From the NCBI GenBank assembly GCA_963770565.1, contig CAVYQE010000011.1:256001-320000 (forward strand): a stretch of 64,000 nucleotides of DNA, given 5' to 3'. Numbering within the stretch: the first letter of the stretch is position 1; every line of letters begins with the position of its first letter. The position numbers and the translations under genes were made by a program. Under the pieces are notes generated by a model. The model was not told where the DNA came from. It saw only the letters and a list, made by a program, of their open reading frames with translations, and ran no database searches. This DNA is from an uncultured Actinomycetota bacterium (lineage in GTDB: Bacteria > Actinomycetota > Actinomycetes > JAFAQI01). Shown here piece after piece: positions 61,354-64,000 of the stretch.

Positions 61354-61959
61354 TCACACCTCATCTCGCTCCGCCCGGGTGCGGGTCGATCGCACAGGTC
61401 CAACATAAACCGTCCGTCTCCGATCGCAGGGACGGATCGGTGCGACTGCGGTCACGTATCCTCGGCCACCCGGTAAGTAGACGCGCACCTGCGTCACGGC
61501 GCCCGCGGGGCACGTGATACCAGGCTGAGATGAGAGGAACGAGTAGCCAGCGAACGCTTTGCGGCGAGCCGCGATCGTGACCGTGGACGTGCTGCCCGTT
61601 TGGCGATGCACAGACGACGTGCGCATCGGTTCGCCGCTGCTGGACAACAGCACGATGCGGACAAACCCGCGCAGTGAGCACGACTGGGGCGAGGTGTCTC
61701 GTATGACCAAGTACCCACCAACGCTGCCATTGGAGACCTGTCGGCTTCCGTGGCCTCTGGCACGAAGTTGCTTGGCCTGACATGGGTGGACCAGGCGCGG
61801 GGTGATTGACCGTGACGGTGACGCTGAGGGGGTTGTTGATGTTGCATTCGAATGAGTGCCGACGGCTGGCGTGCTCGATGACCCTGAGTGACAGGACGTC
61901 ACCAGCGCAATCAGCGCCAGCGCTACTAGTGGACGTGCAAGCGGCCTGACCGCTGTCAT
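61354..61959 (-). CDS. DUF4232-like lipoprotein
   Basis: Lipobox VTSC; C..KQL, CSLRGF..I.L. Confidence 0.7.
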   Translation of the reverse strand: MTAVRPLARPLVALALIALVTSCHSGSSSTPAVGTHSNATSTTPSASPSRSITPRLVHPCQAKQLRARGHGSRQVSNGSVGGYLVIRDTSPQSCSLRGFVRIVLLSSSGEPMRTSSVHRQTGSTSTVTIAARRKAFAGYSFLSSQPGITCPAGAVTQVRVYLPGGRGYVTAVAPIRPCDRRRTVYVGPVRSTRTRAERDEV

Positions 61960-62040
61960 GTCGCCTCCAGACTGCGTGGATGCCGGGTCTGTGTCGATCG
62001 GCACCCGGCATGGGTTATGCCGCGCCGGCCGATACCGTCA

Positions 62041-62694
62041 TCAGTCAAACTGAAGGCCCGCGAGGTCGAATGGGTCGCCGCTACTGAACTGAAGGCTGTC
62101 CGCGGCCTCACTCGTCGCGTGGAATGTCGCCGCGGCCGAGGCCGTTACGGCGCCAGCGGGCTCCAGGTATGTGCCGATGAGGGTCAGATTCGCTGGCTGA
62201 TTCGGATCACTGTTTCGGGTATAGACGCGGACCGCGGGGGTTCCCTGGGCCGTACCGACATACACGAGCAGCCAGTTGGACCCGACGGGGCCTTGCCAGG
62301 CATTGTTGACGGCGAATTGACTCGCGGCAAAGGGCCCGTCGTTCATGTCATTGTTGATACCGGACTGCAACGGGGGCGACGTTGGTACCACGACTGCGGG
62401 ACGTGGGCTTGGAGACGCTGGCTTCTGCGCTGGATCTGCTTGCCCGTTAGCGATTCCCTGATTGAGTTGGTCAATGATGGCCTGCTTGGCGGCGGGCGCG
62501 TTGATTCCAGCGGTGTATTGGAACGTTGGTGTCGGCGACGGGTCGCTATTGGAGGTGCTTGCAGCGGCGATCGCGATCCCGCCCGACACCGTGGCGCAGA
62601 CCACTACGCCGACGATCAGCAGGCTGCGGCGTGAAGGGCGCGGAAGGCTGCGACGGTGTGTGTCCGTCCTGATCTTGAGGGTCATTCTGATCAC
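62041..62694 (-). CDS. Secreted hypothetical protein
   Basis: SRRSLL followed by a hydrophobic signal; coupled to the upstream gene. Confidence 0.7.
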   Translation of the reverse strand: MIRMTLKIRTDTHRRSLPRPSRRSLLIVGVVVCATVSGGIAIAAASTSNSDPSPTPTFQYTAGINAPAAKQAIIDQLNQGIANGQADPAQKPASPSPRPAVVVPTSPPLQSGINNDMNDGPFAASQFAVNNAWQGPVGSNWLLVYVGTAQGTPAVRVYTRNSDPNQPANLTLIGTYLEPAGAVTASAAATFHATSEAADSLQFSSGDPFDLAGLQFD

Positions 62695-63681
62695 TCAGCT
62701 CTCGTCGTCGATCGACACGTTGTCAACGAGGTTTTGGGCGGTCGCGTCGTGCGCATTGAGCGTGTTCCACAGGTTGTCCCATGCCTGCGTGTGGGTGTAG
62801 GACGACGAGTCCAGGTCGTGCTCATTCATCGGGCCTTCGATGAAGTAGGCGCCGTGGTCACTGACGCCCCACCATGAGATCTCCTGCCACTCCTGTTGCA
62901 TGCCGTTGAAGTAGATCTCGGGTAGTGGGACAGCGTCGGGAGTACCGTAACTGACGTTGTAGATGTTCTGTTGATCCCAGCCGTTGTTGCAGTTTCCGTT
63001 GTCATGTGACGACTGAGGGCAACCGTCAGCGGACCCATAGTCAAACATCAACCCGCCAGCACTGTGAGTGTCGTAAGAGTTGGACCAGTTGATCGTGTCC
63101 GGCGCGGACGATGAACCCCCCCATGAGGGCTCCATGTCATTGCCGCCGGAGAACGACAGTTGTCCCGTGTAGCCTTGGTTACTCGCCCACGTGTTGAGAC
63201 TGTCGATCATGTTCGCCCAAGCCTCACCATCCGATGAGGTGTTAGCGCTCGCTCGGCTGTTGTTCGTGCCGACCACGATCGTATTGAACGTGGTGAAGTC
63301 TGTGACGGTGCACCCGTACCAGTTCGCTGCGTAGTCCTCGGCGAGAGCCTTGATCTGCGCCGTCGTTACGTTAACCGCCGTAATGAGAGTCGATCCGCTG
63401 CCATCTGAAAGCTGGGCGCCAAAGTCAAACAGAGACAGCCGGTAGGGGTAGTTGCCATCGAGATCGCTCGTTCCTTGGTTGCAGCCGATCGTTTCGATAT
63501 CACTCGCGCTGGTCGACGTGACGTAGAAGACGTTGTCAGCGTGATACTCGCTCTGGGTCGCCCATGCACTGGTCTGGGAGACGGAGAGGCTGACTGTAGC
63601 CGTCAGCAACACGACCATTGCACGCACCACCCCGAGCCCCCAGCGTGTGCCTGACCGGGCCGTCTTGAAGCGAGGCTTCAT
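62695..63681 (-). CDS. Secreted acidic hypothetical protein, possible glycoside-hydrolase-like barrel
   Basis: Signal peptide; DFGAQ, GTNNS, NDMEP.W, YGSADGCP, PLPEIY; GGAGG RBS. Confidence 0.75.
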   Translation of the reverse strand: MKPRFKTARSGTRWGLGVVRAMVVLLTATVSLSVSQTSAWATQSEYHADNVFYVTSTSASDIETIGCNQGTSDLDGNYPYRLSLFDFGAQLSDGSGSTLITAVNVTTAQIKALAEDYAANWYGCTVTDFTTFNTIVVGTNNSRASANTSSDGEAWANMIDSLNTWASNQGYTGQLSFSGGNDMEPSWGGSSSAPDTINWSNSYDTHSAGGLMFDYGSADGCPQSSHDNGNCNNGWDQQNIYNVSYGTPDAVPLPEIYFNGMQQEWQEISWWGVSDHGAYFIEGPMNEHDLDSSSYTHTQAWDNLWNTLNAHDATAQNLVDNVSIDDES

Positions 63682-64000
63682 GGCTACACCTCCACCTGCT
63701 CACCCGCAAGACTCTTGATCTGAACTCCACCCTGCATCGCTATCGTGAGCCCAGACGTCGGGAGATGAGTAGGGTCGAAAGTCACTTCTTGCAAGGACGC
63801 ACGACCTTGTCGGAATATGACTGGTCCCGACCCAGGGGTCACCCGCCCCGGTCATTCTCTGTCGAGTTGCAGAGCGCGTTAAGACCTGCGGCCGTGCGAC
63901 CTTGCGGGTCACTTGCCGGCTACGTTGGGGCCTCTTGCTCCAGCCCCCCGATTTGTTAGGAACAGGAGAGTGTCGGCGGCGCTCGAAAACTGAACAGTTT

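Larger units (their letters stand above)
54239..64000. mobile_element. Element 3: integrative mobilisable element, extends beyond the window
   Basis: att core, GGGCCACA direct repeats (54369, 54380), int, xis, XRE, MobF relaxase; no T4SS genes seen in the window. Confidence 0.85.

Overview
High-GC actinobacterial chromosome segment. The left end is the conserved DUF5130-pepN-Rv2466c-like-rpiB-PP2C neighbourhood, which in other actinobacteria lies upstream of tRNA-Gly(TCC)/tRNA-Pro/tig. About 35 kb of accessory metabolic, transport, regulatory and secreted-protein genes follow, including a Fe3+ ABC operon under a clear IdeR/DtxR box, a Tat GH3 glycosidase, tandem EEP paralogs and an ECF sigma factor paired with a repeat protein. 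From 47.5 kb the window is a tandem stack of integrative elements delimited by three copies of the 3' half of tRNA-Gly(TCC) on the minus strand (47545, 48407, 54239). Element 1 is a 0.86 kb integrase-less RHH-Doc mini-island. Element 2 is a 5.8 kb island with an AbiEi/AbiEii-like pair and an int-HTH-HNH operon flanked by matching arm repeats. Element 3 is an integrative mobilisable element (int, xis, XRE regulator, small protein plus nucleotidyltransferase, MobF relaxase-helicase, secreted cargo) that runs off the window. Other features are a dispersed intergenic element (AGCACACAAC-N59/60-GTTGTGTGCT, 3 copies) and an indel-rich patch at 36.8-38.1 kb that is probably a sequencing artefact. All product calls come from motif recognition by eye; no database searches were run.
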